Source: the human T2T-CHM13v2.0 reference genome, Homo sapiens. From it: 64,000 nt of DNA. The position numbers and the translations under genes were made by a program. Shown one piece after another: positions 13,671-27,899 of the stretch. Numbering within the stretch: position 1 is the first letter of the stretch; each line of letters begins with the position of its first letter. Location of the stretch: NCBI RefSeq assembly GCF_009914755.1, contig NC_060936.1; one strand, written 5' to 3'. The notes under the pieces were generated by a model, which saw only the letters and a program-made list of their open reading frames with translations, had not been told where the DNA came from and made no database searches.

Positions 13671-15763
13671 GTTACTATATACCATAAGTGCAGACAGCAT
13701 TTAGAAAAGTTAGACTTCATCCATTAGGAACTCGGATTAATTCCATTTTTTCTGGGGTAAAAGGAAGGGACTTATTTCCATTTGAAAGAATGTTCCAACA
13801 ATAAACGTGTGCTAAAAAAAATAGAACAAAGAACTCTATCACCAAAAGGCTACAATGAAGTCTAAGTGGATAATCAGGGAACTTTTCTAACTGGGAGATT
13901 TGATGATTTTTCCCAAGTTTTGAGATTATTGAAGGGGGAAGTAAGAAGACTGCTAAGATAAACTGACAAGTAGGGAAAATAACTTGACAACAAATTCTCA
14001 AAGAAGAGTAAGAACAACTCTTTTCAAATTCCTTCCTCCAATGGGAATTTTAGCCAAACAGAAAGGATTGGTTCTGTCACAGTAGATCTGGAAATTTATT
14101 TAGTAAGATCTTGAGTTCCACCATGTTTGTTAAAATCTAGACACTATGCTCCTAATGACTGGAGGTGGTCAAATTCTGTCTGTTATCTGAAAGAAAACGG
14201 TCTTGATCGTAGCTTAACATGACCAGGCAGGTGACTTCTCAGGCCACAGAGAGTCAATTTTTAGTTGGATACCTAGAGTCCTGATTTCACAATCACCTTC
14301 TCCTTTTCCCTTTTCTACCTTTTCTTCAGGGTCCAGAGTCCATTCTGCTTTAACATTTTGTGATCAAAGTTCCATCCTAAAAAGAATACGTTAGACCTTT
14401 CCACTCTTCAAAAAAGACCAGCTACAAAATAAACAAATGTCTTATTGCTAATATTGAGTGCCTCTTCTGGCAAATTCCTGGTGCTTGAATATGACAAAGT
14501 AAAAGACATTCTCCATTATAACAGTGGGGATTCAAAGGAGCAAAGGCAAGAGAAAATCGTTTCCTGCCACAATTTAATAAATAAGTAGAAGAAGAAGTTC
14601 CCTAAAGTCATGTTCAACCCTGATATTTCCACAATTCTATAATTCCTCCCACTATATAGAAAAAAAATAGTCTTGTTTATGCTAAAGCCAGGACCTTCTG
14701 TTTAACCAGACAGTTTGCCTGGAAATAGTTGATAAATTTTAAAAAATCAATGTTTCAGACAAATTGAAAAAGACTTTCAGGTGATCTGTGAGTCTCAATA
14801 ATAAAGAAATAGTGGTAAAGAGAAAAGAAGAGAGAAAAAGGAGAAGAATTAAAGAAAAGGAAATGAATACTAAAATAAACACTGCCTATTCAAAGTACAG
14901 AGAACTAACGTTGGTATATTTTAAGGTAATCTTTTTGTTTCACATAATTTAGGTATACTATTTGACACTGTATTTTTTCTAAATTGTATTGCAGTGATTT
15001 TTTTAAAGGAAACAAAATCTTTATTTTTTCCATCTTAGATTGAATAACGCAGTGTAATGGCTCAAAACATGAAATCTAATCTCACATGACCTCCAAGGTT
15101 TTTTTGATCTTTTCTCCTCAAGATGCTAAGAGTTTATGAAATGCTAAACATGCAACCCAAATCTGCCATGACCAAGTCAATTTCAGATTTCCATTGTTAC
15201 CAAGCTTGTGTACTAGGTGGATATGGGCTTTGATGAGTGGTTTATAATTTATCTGGTTGTCTTTCTGTGCTTAATCCGTCTGTGGGAGTGACAGCTTGAC
15301 ATAATCACTAGCTTCAAATAAGTAATTCCATTCACTATCAGTTTTTAATTTTATTTCCTCATTCCGTTATTGATGCAGTAAAATGCTAGTTAATCTGCAG
15401 AGCCCAGGCAAACCCAGTGTTGTCAGTATTAATTTCACACTACTGCATCTTCATGTTTGGTCCTATATCATAATTAAATGAAATCATTATAAAGTTGAAA
15501 TTAAGCTGCAAGTATAATCCTTGGTTTTAGTTTGCATGAGGCCAATAGATGATTCATAGCAGTCTTCATTAATTTCTTCACAAAGCCAAGGCCTTTCTCT
15601 TTAGTAAAATATGTAGCACAATATTTAGTCACATGCATTTCTTTGTTTCATATTTATGTCTCTTTTATTTCATAATGTGCAACATCCCCTAAAAAATACC
15701 TACCTTCTAGGCAGGTGGGAGTGATTCCTTTAACTTAATGAAGAAGACTTCCATTTGCTAAGA

Positions 15764-16268
<505 letters not shown>

Positions 16269-16284
16269 TTGGAGTTTTTAAAGC

Positions 16285-16470
16285 ATTTCACATGTTAAGT
16301 CTACTTCCACCCTCAGGACTGCCTGCAGAGTGGCATCATTAACCCCATTTCCTACATGAAGAAACGGGGGCTCAGAAAAGTTCAGGGACTTGCTTAATTT
16401 CACAAAAATGGCAAATCGTAGAGGCAGGAATCAAACCTGGAATTCTCTACAGTGTTTCTTCTACCACATT
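16285..16470 (-). mobile_element. MIR SINE
   Basis: CCCCATTTCCTACATGAAGAAACGGGGGCTCAGAAAAGTTCAGGGACTTGC is an antisense MIR core. Confidence 0.8.
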
Positions 16471-17193
16471 AATATATTTCAAAAATATTTCAAAGAAAAT
16501 GTATTGTAGATACCTAGTATATACATTATTAAAAATCAGGTATTTCTTTTATTGAGATGAAGTTAAATGAGCAAACAAAGCCACATCCACTTGCTCTACC
16601 CTCCATCCCCTATATATACACACATTCTCATCTACTCCTGTGGTGGACTCAACCATTTGTTAGTAAATTTTTCAAACTATAATAGGCAGGCTCCACTTCA
16701 GATTCTGTCCACAGTGGTAAATGCCTTGAATGTCATGCTAAAGAATGTAAGCTTTACCTGTAGTTGAATGATTCCATCTTTCTGGGACATGGATCCTTTC
16801 CTATGGAGGGAGGACTGGAATTCTATAAAAGGTCCACCAATCCAAAAAGGGAAGCAAGCAGTGACTTTAGACAGGATGACTAATATCTCATTCAAATACA
16901 TACTACAGCTCTTCAAGTGTCTAGTGATTAACAATATATATAATTACCTAAGAGTGCACTAAAAAAAATTTATATCATCATGGAATTTTTTCAAGCAACA
17001 AGTACTAAAATTTCAACTACTAGCATGTAGTCACCTGTAGAATTTTCTCATGTTGAAAGGGAAATTCAGACTCAAAGTTTGACAATTCGTGTCATTTAAG
17101 TCTCTCTTCTTGGTTTTCTATAATCTATTCACCACCATCTCCTACTGCCTTCCAAATTCAGGACTTAATTTGCCTTGACTATCAAAATAAATT

Positions 17194-17315
17194 GGATGAC
17201 CAAATAATTTATGGGACATTTCTTAGAGTGAAAGAGGGCATTAATAATTACACTGGAGAGTTGCCGTAAGCCAAAGGAACTCTCAGCAAAGGGTGGGGGG
17301 ATGTGGTGATTCCAG
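17194..17315 (+). mobile_element. MER94 (hAT-Blackjack) MITE
   Basis: GGATGACCAAATAATTTATGGGACA ... GAGTGAAAGAGGGCATTAATAATTACACTGG matches MER94. Confidence 0.75.
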
Positions 17316-17524
17316 CAAGAACCACTCACTTCTCTCCTTCTAGCCTCTCTCTGTTCTTATCCAGAATACAAAGAGTTTGTTTGGTTCATACAAAATGCCA
17401 GTCATATTATTCCTCGGTTCAAAGCTCTCCTCATTCCCAGACACAGTAAAATTTAGGTGTTTTACTCAGCCACTTAAAATCCTGCAAGATTTCAACAATT
17501 TTATTTTAATCATTTTTTTCCAGT

Positions 17525-17685
17525 CAGGACCAGCTATGTAATTTTCCAGGCCCAGTGAAAAATGAAAATGCAGGGCTTCTTGCCAAAAAATTATTTAGAA
17601 TTTTAATATAGTGGCAACAGAGAAATAAACCAAGCACAAAACTCTGTACAGCAGCATAGGCCATGCTTCCATGAAACCTGGCCTG
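17525..17685 (-). mobile_element. MER45A (hAT-Tip100) MITE
   Basis: CAGGACCAGCTATGTAATTTTCCAGGCCCAGTGAAAAATGAAAATGCAGGG ... CCATGAAACCTGGCCTG; CAGG/CCTG termini. Confidence 0.85.
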
Positions 17686-18556
17686 GCATCCAATCAAACC
17701 AGACCATCCACTGGCCCCTTTCATGTCTGCGCTCTCCCACCTTGGCCCAGGGCCTCCTAGATGCCTTTTCTCTGATAGCTTTCCTTTGAAACTCAACTTG
17801 TATGTTTTAAAGTCCTGCTTAGAAGCTATTTCATCCTCCATAAACTCTATCTTGATTCTGTCAGCTCGAAATAATCATTTCTTCTTCCTTTGAAACCCCC
17901 AGTTCTATTTTATTTGCATATTTCTCTTAGGTCATGTTACATTTTTGACTATATTACTTTAATCATTATCACCATCTATTTTCCAGTTCAGTTTAGTTAT
18001 ATAAAGACAAAAAGAATTTCAAGAAAATTTGCTGAAAGCATTGGGAAATTTTTTAAACTCACTTCCTTTCTAAATATGTAGAATATTATTTGTTGATATT
18101 TTTAATCCCAAGTTTACCTTAACATTTTTCAACAGTGCCTAAGTATATTGGTTCATCCCCATTCAGGGGAAATTCTTCCATTTATACTTCAATAGATACC
18201 TATGCTACCTAAAATTTTCTTTGTTCTTGTTTCTTATGGAGAAGGGAAATGCTATTCACTAAGCACATATCAAACAAGTAATGGAGTAGGAATGTTTATA
18301 AAATTTATGGAATTTACTGTTTGCAAAATTTATGTGTTAATATGTCCATATTATAAATAATAAAACTAAGACTCAAGGGGTAAAGCTACCTGCTCAAAAT
18401 CACTTTGCTGGTGGCAGAGTCAGGATTCAGAACAATATCTGCTTGTCTCCTGCACCTTCACCATACAACACTGCATTTCTAAGAGCAGTTTGTCAAATTA
18501 TAGGCGGTGACAATCCATTCATTTGATCTTCAGTTTATGAATAGATGACAACAAAC

Positions 18557-18943
18557 TGTTAGGGCCATTAAGTTAAGCGAATAGGAGACCATTGGCCCAA
18601 GGCTGACTCTGTATTTTGAGTGCCTATGTAAGAAACCACAACCTAACTTAGGAGTATATTTTTATAACAAACAGCTAAGTTTCAGCCAATCATAAACAGC
18701 TAAGCTTCAGCCAATCACAGACAGCCAATCAAGCACACCATGCCCAAATAAGGTAAACACCTGCCTGTGGGCAGTCAGATGATTTCTCTCCTTCACTTCC
18801 ATGTTGGGCCAATAAAAGCTCACTGTTCATGCTGCTGGGCAAAGCTCTCTGAGCCTCTTCTGGTTCTGAATGCTACTTGATTCATAATTTGTTCTTTGCT
18901 CAAATAAACTCTGTTATATTTGTCTGAGGCTTTTCTTTTAACA
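18557..18943 (+). mobile_element. ERV1 solo LTR, MER57/MER93 family
   Basis: TGTT...TTTAACA termini; three AGCCAATCA boxes; CCCAAATAAGG; GCTCAAATAAACTC polyA signal. Confidence 0.85.
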
Positions 18944-20404
18944 GTGCCAAAGATAGGGCATTTTCACAGGGACGTCTATCTGGCTGCATCTTTTCCTTAC
19001 ATTTTGGGTAAAGAAACAAGGTATCCTCAGGATATGATCAGTACTGAGACCACTCTAGAAGATTGAGTAGCCTGGCAGGGGTTTTCAGGATACCCACAAA
19101 ATTCTGACATTCTCTCCCTTCTGAATATAAATGGATGAATTAAAACTTTATGCTGATCCCAGTAATGCTCTGTAGCCTCTAAATATTTGTTGGCTAAAAG
19201 TGAATGAATGGGGATATTATAAAACTCCTGAATTTCCACAGCTGACTCTAATGAGAAACACACCTCTGCTAACAACTCCAGATGGAAATAAACATTCAGA
19301 TTCCACAGAGTTCCTCCACCACCCATGGCCAGCCTCCTTAGGCAAGGAAAGTTTCTCTGTAGAACTCCCAAATCAAATCCTGATTACAATATATCCTTAG
19401 TTGTTGGGTCCTAGGTGATGTGAAAGATCTTGCCTCTAGACCAGAATTCATAATCCTGATTTTCCTAATAACTGCTCAGCCCCAAGAATTGCCCTCACAA
19501 TCAATACATTATCATTTGCATTTCACAATTAAGAAATAGCTGAAGCTCAGGAGACAGGCAGAGAAAAATTTTTCAATAGTTGTAAGAGGTTCACTTTAGG
19601 GTAATTACTCTAAGGGTCTGAGGTCCCGGAGAAATGAGAACAGGTCAAAACAATCAGAGGAAAAGTTATGCTATACTGACTAATTAGAAACCTCTGTTTC
19701 TAAAATGAGGCGTCCTTGTGAGCTAAACAGTGCCCCCGGGGTGAATGGGGCTTTTAACTCATACTTCAGAGACCTGCCACTTTTTCTCTTTAGGTCCCAG
19801 GTTATCACAGAGCTTATCACTTATTTCTAAGGCAAATCACAAAGGCTCAGAAAAGTCAATGAGAGACCATTTACTCTCTAATTCTAACACTGATCCATTC
19901 TTTAAGATTCAGCTCCGAAGTCAAATTTCTCTGAAGTGTTCTCAGTTCACAAAGAAGAGATTGTAAAATGTTATAGGAGAAAAAGTTATGAATTTGGGAA
20001 ATAGTTCAGATGTGGATCTACTTGCTGCTGACCTCAGGCACATTACTTAATTTCTCTTTGCCTCATATTTCTTCTATGATGATTCTCAGCCAATCAGACT
20101 TGTATGTGGTGGGTGTCTGGTTAATGAAAGTTGGGTTTCTTCTTATTGTGTCCCCATCATAACCAGTACCAACACTATAACACATCTTGGACTTTGCCTT
20201 AGAGTAGGGTTTGATATACATGACTTGTCTCCTCCTCTATGGTATAAACTGCTTTTCAAGAAGGGCATATGTATATCCCTGTGGGCCCAGTGTACCTTCC
20301 ACAGCATATGTTCAGTGCATGCTCACAGCTAGGAATTAAATTAATTTTTATTTATAGAAAAAGAGTGAACTTTGCTTCAAAAGGCAAAGTAAATGATAAT
20401 TAAT

Positions 20405-21250
20405 GTAGACATTTCTCCAAACAAGACACACAAATGGCCAACAGGTATATGCAAATATGTTCAACATCACTTATCATCAGGGAAATACTAATCAAAACCA
20501 CAATGAGATATTATTTTACACCTGTTAAGATGCCCATAATTAAACAAAAAAAAAAAACAAGAAAATAACAATGTTGGTGAAGATATGGAAAAGTTGGAAC
20601 TTTTGTGCACTGTTGGTGGTAATGTGAAGTGATGTAACTTCTATGTAAAATAGTATGGAGGTTCCAGGAAAAATTAAAAATAGAACTACCATATGATCCA
20701 GCAATCCCACTTCTGGATATGTATCCAATTGAATTGAAAACAAGATCTCAACAAGGTATTTGCACCCACATCTTTATTTCAGCATTATTCATGATAGCTG
20801 AGAGTTGTAAACAACCTAATGTCTATCAATTGATGAGTGAATAAAGAAAATGTGGTGTATACACACATGGAATATTACTCAGCCTTAAAAAAGATGGATA
20901 TTCCACAATACGTGATAACATGGATGAAACCTGAGAGCAGTATGTTAAGTGAAATTAAGCCAGGCACAGAAGGACAAATAGTACTGCATGATTCCATTTC
21001 TATGAAGTATCTAAAGTAGTCAACCTCATAGAAGCAAAAAGGAGATTGATGGTGTTGGAGGCTGGGAGAGGAAATGGAGACTTGCTGTTCAATGAATATA
21101 GAGTTTCAAGCATGCAAGAGGAAAGAGTTCTAGAGATCTGCCGTACAATATAGTTCATACAGTTAACAACAGTGTGCTGTACATGAAAAAAATGTCTTAA
21201 AAGGGTAGAGTTCATGTTATATGTTTTTACTACCATGAAAATAATAATCA
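20405..21250 (+). mobile_element. L1M (about L1MA9-L1MB2) 3' end
   Basis: GAACTACCATATGATCCAGCAATCCCACTTCTGG; GTTCTAGAGATCTGCCGTACAA 3'UTR. Confidence 0.9.
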
Positions 21251-22983
21251 TTAATAATCTTTTTCTAATCATGATTCCTTGTAAATCTTTTTACATTGAT
21301 TACTTTCTTAAAAAAAAACCTCGGAGGGGGGCCAAGATGGCCGATTAGAAGCGATTATGGTCTGCTGCACTCAAGGAGGGGAACAAAAGAGACTAGTGAA
21401 TACAGCACCTTCAACTGAAATATCCAGGTAGTCACACTGGAACTGATCAGGGAAACAACTCAAACCACGGAAAATGAAGAAAAGCAGGGCGGGGCTATGG
21501 CCCACCCTGGAGCAACATGGAGCCAAGGGAACCTCCACACCCAGCCAAGGAAAGTGGTGAGTGATTGTGTGACCCTGGGAAACCACACTTCTTTCACAGA
21601 TTTTTGCAATCCACGGATCAGGAGATCCCCTTGTGAGCCCACACCACCAGGGCATTGGGTGGGACACACAGAGCTGTGTGGAGTTTCAGCAGAGCAGCGG
21701 CTCAGGCACACACAGAGACCCAGGTGCTTTACATGCTCCAGCCCCTAGATGTGCAACAAACGTGTCTGCAACTCGACAAGGCAAGAGGTCTGCACATACC
21801 CCTAGGAAGTGGACAGAATCCAGAGAGCTGATCAGCCTTGTTCTGTGGGCCCCACTTCCAGGGCACCTCACAAGATGAGACCCACTGGCTTGGAATTCCA
21901 GTCAGCCACTGGCAATAGGGTGGAGCATGCCTGAGACTGAATGGAACCCCCAGGAGAATGGGTAGGCACCATCTCTGCTGTTTGATTGCCTCAGCCACTC
22001 CAGCCTGCAGGCTTTGGAGTGTCCAAATGGTCCAAATGAGGAAGGGTCCCCCAGCAGCTCAACACAGTGGCTTAGCCAGATCATGGCCTGACTGCTTCTC
22101 TAAGTGGGACCCAGATCCATTCCTTCTCACTGAGTGGTTCCTCCCAGCCAGGCCCACTGGCAGGTATTATTATGGACAGAGCTTTGATCTCTCCTTGGAA
22201 CAAAGCGCTGGGGGGTGTGGAGGCCACCACCTGGGTTGGTTGGATGACTCAGTCATTCCAGCCTGCTGACTTTGGAAAGTCCAAGCTGACAGGCACAGAG
22301 GCCATTCCCTACCACAATATAGTTTTTGTCAAGGCATGGCCAGACTGCTTCTTTAAGAAATCTGCTTCTCTTCAGAGGATGGATCCTCCCAGCCAGGGGC
22401 TCCAGTCACCCTTGCCACTGTTATTTGAGGGGACAGAGCTCCAATTTCTCCCTGGGGTGGAGTGCCTCAGGGGTGGTGCAGGTGACCACCTTGGCTGTTC
22501 TGGCTCCTCAGCTGGTCCAGCCTGGGGGCCTTGGAGAGCCCAGACCAATGAGGGGCTGAAGGGGTCCCCAGCACAACACAGCTGCTCTACCGAAAAGCAG
22601 CCAGGCTGCTTCTTTAGGTAGGACCCTGATCACATTCCTCCTGACTGAATAAGACCTCCCAAATGGAGTCTCCAACCACTTCTTAAAGGTGCATTCCAGC
22701 TGGCGATAGGTCAGTATCCCCTGGGACGGAACTTCCAGAAGAAAAGGCAGGCTGCCGTCCCTGCTGTTTTACAGCCTTCATTGGTGATACCTCCAGGTAT
22801 GGAAAGAACTGAGGTGGCTAGGGTCTGGAGCAGACCCCCAGGAAACCACAGCAGCCCCATGGAAGAGCGGCCAGATTGTTAAAAGAAAACAAAACAAACA
22901 GAAAACAACAACAACACAGAAAAACCACAAAAACCTCATCCAAAGGCCAGCAACCTCAAAGATTGAAGGTAGATAAGCCCACA

Positions 22984-24003
22984 ATGATGAGAAAGAATCA
23001 ATGCAAAAACAGTGACAACTCAAACAGCCAGAGTTCCCCTTTTCCACCAAATGACTGCAACACCTCTCCAGCAAGGGCTGAGAATTGGGCTGAGGTTGAA
23101 ATGGCTGAAATGACAGACATAGAATTCAGAAGGCGGGTAATAACAAACGTCGCTGAGCTAAAGGAGCATGTTATAACCTAACGCACAGAAGCTAAGAATC
23201 ATGATAAAACAATACAGAAGGTGACAGCCAAAATAACCAGTTTAGAGAGAGACATAACCAACCTGTGTAAGAGCTGAAAAACACACTACAAGAACTTCCC
23301 AATGCATTCACAAGGATTAATAGCAAAATAGACCAACAAGAGGAACAAATATCAGAGGTGGAAGACTGGCTTTCTGAATTATGACAGGCAGACAAGAGTA
23401 GAGAAAGAAGAATGAAAAGGAATGAAGAAAACCTCCAAGAAATATGAGATTATATAAAGAGACCAAATCTGTGATTCGGGTACCTGAAAGTGGAGGGGGA
23501 AGAATGGAAACAAGTTGGAAAACATACTTCAGGATATCATCCAGAAGAACTTCCCCAACTTAGCAAGATAGACTAACATTCAAATTCAGGAAATGCAGAG
23601 AACCCCAGTAAGATACTCCACAAGAAGATCATCCCCAAGACACATAATCATCAGATTCTCCAAGGTCAAGATGAAAAAAAAATCTTAAGGGCAGTCAGAG
23701 AGAAAGGCCAAGTCAGCTACAAAGGGAAGCCCATCAGGCTAACAGCAGGCCTCTCAGAGGAAACCCTACAAGTCAGAAGAGACTGGGGGCCAATATTGAA
23801 TTTTTTAAAGAAAATAATTTTCAACCCAGAATTTCATATCTGGCCAAACTAAGCTTCGTAAATGAAGGAGAAATAAGATTCTTTTCAGACAAGCAAATAC
23901 TGAGGGAATTTATTACCACCAGACCTCCCTTGCAAAAGTTCCTGAAGGAAGCACTAAATATGGAAGGGAAAAACCATAACCAGCCACTACAAAAACACAC
24001 TGA
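22984..24003 (+). pseudogene. L1 ORF1p remnant
   Basis: MMRKNQCKNSDNSNSQ...EMTDIEFRRRVI start; premature TAA at 23179 and further disruptions. Confidence 0.88.
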
Positions 24004-24066
24004 AATACACAGACCAGAGACACTATGAAGCAACCACATAAACAAGTCTGAAAATAACCCGCTAGC

Positions 24067-27000
24067 ATGACGATGACAGAATTAAATCCACATATAACAG
24101 TACTATATTTAAATGTAAATGGGCTAAATGCCTCAATTAAAAGACACAGAATGGTAAGCTGGATAAAGAGTCAAGACCCATTGGTATGCTGTCTTGAAGA
24201 GACCCATCTCACATGCAAAGACACACGTAGACTAAAAATAAACAGATGGAGGGAAAATTACCAAGCAAATGGAAAACAGAAAAAAGCAGGAGTTGCAATT
24301 CTAGTTTCTGACAAAACAGACTTTGAACCCACAAAGATCAGAAAAGGCAAAGAAGGCCATTACAAAATGGTAAAGGGTTCAATTCAACAAGAAGAGCTAA
24401 CTATCCTAAATATATATTCACCCAATATAGAAGCATCCAGATTCATAAAGCAAGTGCTTAGAGAACTTCAGAGAGACTTAGAGTCCCATACAATGATAGT
24501 AGGAGACTTTAACACCTCACTGACAATATTAGATCAAGGAGACAGAAAATTAATGAAGATATTCAGGATCTGAACTCTGCTCTGGATCAAGTGGACCTGA
24601 TAGATATTGGCAAAACTCTACACCCTAAAACAACAGAATATACATTCTTCTCCTTGCCACATGGCAGTTACTCTAAAATTGATCACATAATCAGAAATAA
24701 AGTAAAACACTTCTCACAAATGCAAAAGAACTGAAATCATAACAGTCTCTCAGACCACAGTGCAACCAAACTAGAACTCAAGATTAAGAAATTCACTCAA
24801 AACCACACGAGTACATGGAAATTGAACAACCTGCTCCTGAATCACTCTTGAGTAAATAACGAAATTAAGGCAGAAATCAAGAAGTTATTTGAAACTAATG
24901 AGAACAAAGAGACAATGTAGCAGAATCTCCAGAATACAGCTAAAGCAGTGCTAAGAGAAAAATTTATAGCACTAAATGCCCACATCGAAAAGCTAGAATG
25001 ATCTCAAGTTAACAACATAAGATTACAACTAAAAGAACTAGAGAACCAAGAGCAAACAAATCCCAAAGCTAGAAGACAAGAACTAACCCAAATCAGAGCT
25101 GAACCAAAGGAAATGTAGACATAAAAAAAAAAAAAAATTCAAAAGGTCAACAAATCCAGAAGCTGGCTTTTTGAAAAAAATTAATAAAATAGATACACCA
25201 CTAGCTAGACAAATAAGTAAGAAAAGAGAGAAGATTCAAGTAAACACAATCAGAAATGATAACAAGGATATCACCACTGACCGCACAGAAATACATACAA
25301 CTGTCAGAGAACACTAAAGATACCTCTATGCACATAAACCAGAAAATCTAGAAGAAATGGACACATACACTCTCCCAAGACTGAACTAGAGGAAGTTGAA
25401 TCCCTGAATAGGCCAGTAATAACAAGTTCTGAAATTGAGGCAGTTAATAAATAGCCTACCAACCAAAAAAAAAAAAAAGCCCAGGACAGACAAGGCAGAT
25501 TCACAACTGAATTCTACCAGAGGTACAAAGAAGAGTCGATGTCATTTCCTACTGAAATTATTCCAAAAAATTGAAAAGGAGGGAATCCTTCCTAACTCAT
25601 TCTATGAGGCCAGCATCACCCTGATACCAAAACCTGGCAGACATACAACAGAAAAATAAAACTTCAGGCCAATATCCTTGATGAAGATCAATGCAAAAAT
25701 CCTCAACAAAATACTGGCAAACTAAATCCAGCAGCACATCAAAAAGCTTATTCACCAGGATCAAGTAGGCTTCATCCCCAAGATGCAAATTTGGTTCAAC
25801 ATACACAAATCAGTAAATGTGATTCATCACGTAAACTGAACTAAAGACAAAAACCACATGATTATCTCCATAGATTCAGAAAAGACCTTCAATGAAATCC
25901 AACATCCCTTCATGTTAAAAACTCTCAGTAAACCAGGTATTGAAGGAATATACTTCAAAATAATAAGAACTGTATATGGCAAACCCACAGCCAACATCAT
26001 ATTGAATAGGCAAAAGCTGGAAGCATTTCCCTTGAAAACCAGCATAAGACAAGGAAGCCTTCTCTCACCACTGCTATTCAACATAGTATTGGAAGTTCTG
26101 GTCAGGGCAATCAGGGAGAAGAAAGAAATAAAGTGTATTCAAATAGGAAGAGAGGAAGTCAAACAATCTTTGTTTGCAGGTGACATGATCCTATATCTAG
26201 AGAACCCCATAATTTCAGCCCAAAAGCTTCTTAAGCTAATAAACAACTTCAGCAAAGTCTCAGGATACTAAATCAATGTGCAAAAATCACCAGCATTCCT
26301 ACATACTAATAACAGGCAAGCCGAGAGCCACATCATGAATGAACTCCCATTCACAATTGCCACAAAAAGAATAAAATACCTAGGAATAGAGCTAACAAGG
26401 GAAGTGAAGGACCCCTTCAAGGTGAACTACAAACCACTGCTCAAAGAAATCAGAGATGACAAAAACAAATGACAAAACATTCCATGCTCATGGATAGGAA
26501 GAATTAATATCATGAAAATGGCCATAGTGCCCAAAGCAATTTATAGATTCAATGCTAATCCCATTAAACCACCATTGACATTCTTTACAGAATTAGAAAA
26601 AAAAAACTCTTTTAAAATTTATATGGAACCAAAAAAGAGCCTGTATAGCCAAAACAATCCTAAGCAAAAAGAACACAGCTGCAGGCATCACACTACTTGA
26701 CTTCAAACTATGCTACAGGGTTACAGTAACCAAAACAGCATGGTACTGGTACAAAAACAGACACATAGACAAATGGAACAGAATAGAGAACTCAGAAATA
26801 AGACTGCACACCTACAAGCATCTTATCTTCAACAAACCTGACAAAAACAAGCAATGAGGAAAGGATTCCCTATTTAATACATGGTGCTGGGATAACTGGC
26901 TAACCATATGCAGAAAATTGAAACTGGACCCCCTCCTTATACCATGTACAAAAATCAACTTGGGATGTATTAAAGGCTTAAATGTAAAACCCAAAACTAT

Positions 27001-27899
27001 AAAAACCCTAGAAGAAAACCTGTGCAATACCATTCAGGACACAGGCATGGGCAAAGATTTTATGATGAAGATGCCAAAAGCAATTGCAACAAAAGCAAAA
27101 ATTGGAAAATGGAATCTAATCAAACTAAAGAGCTTCTGCACAGTAATAAAAAAAATCATCATCAGAGTAAACAGAAAACCTACAGAATGGGCAAAAATTT
27201 TTGCAATCTGTCCATCTGAGAAAGGTCTAATATCCAGTGTCTATAAGGAACACTTAAATTAACAAGCAGTAAACAAACAACCCCATTAAAAAGTGGGCAA
27301 AGGACATGAACAGACATTTCTCAAAAGAAAACATACATGCAGTCAACAAACATGAAAAAAGCTCAACATTACTAATTATTAAAGAAATGCAAATCAAAAC
27401 CACAGTGAGATACCATCTCACACCAGTCAGATGACTATTATTTAAAAGTCAAAAACAACAGATGGTAGCGAGGTTGTGGAGAGAAAGGAACACTTTGACA
27501 CTGTTGGTGGGAGTGTAAATTAGTTCAACCATTGTGGAAGACAATGTGACTATTCCTCAAGACATATGGGCAGAAATACCATTTGACCCAGCAATCCCAT
27601 TACTGGTTATATACCCAAAGGAATATAAATCTATTATAAAGACACATGCACACAGATATTCATTGCAGCACTATTCACAATAGCAAAGACATGGAATCAA
27701 CCTAAATGCCCATAAATGATAGACTGGATTTAAAAAAATGTGGTATGTATACACCATGGAACACTATGCAGCCATAAACAGGAACAAGATCATGTCGTTT
27801 TCAGGGACATAGTTGGAGCTGGATGCCATTATCCTTAACAAACTAAAGCAGGAACAAAAAATAAAATACTGCATGTTCTCACTTGTAAGTGGGAGCTGA
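24067..27899 (+). pseudogene. L1 ORF2p remnant (endonuclease, RT, Cys-rich domain)
   Basis: EN motifs NVNGLN, LEETH, GDFNT; RT segment [15 protein letters not shown] with FAGDM in place of FADDM; many stops and frameshifts. Confidence 0.93.

Larger units (their letters stand above)
17100..17970 (+). mobile_element. L2 LINE remnant hosting MER94 and MER45A
   Basis: Pyrimidine-rich L2-like blocks (CTCGGTTCAAAGCTCTCC, AAATCCTGCAAGAT); highly diverged. Confidence 0.55.

Noticed and set aside
21371-22621. Cluster of GC-richer ORFs, possible promoter or CpG island
   Set aside because: This is the L1 5'UTR, and it is CpG-depleted
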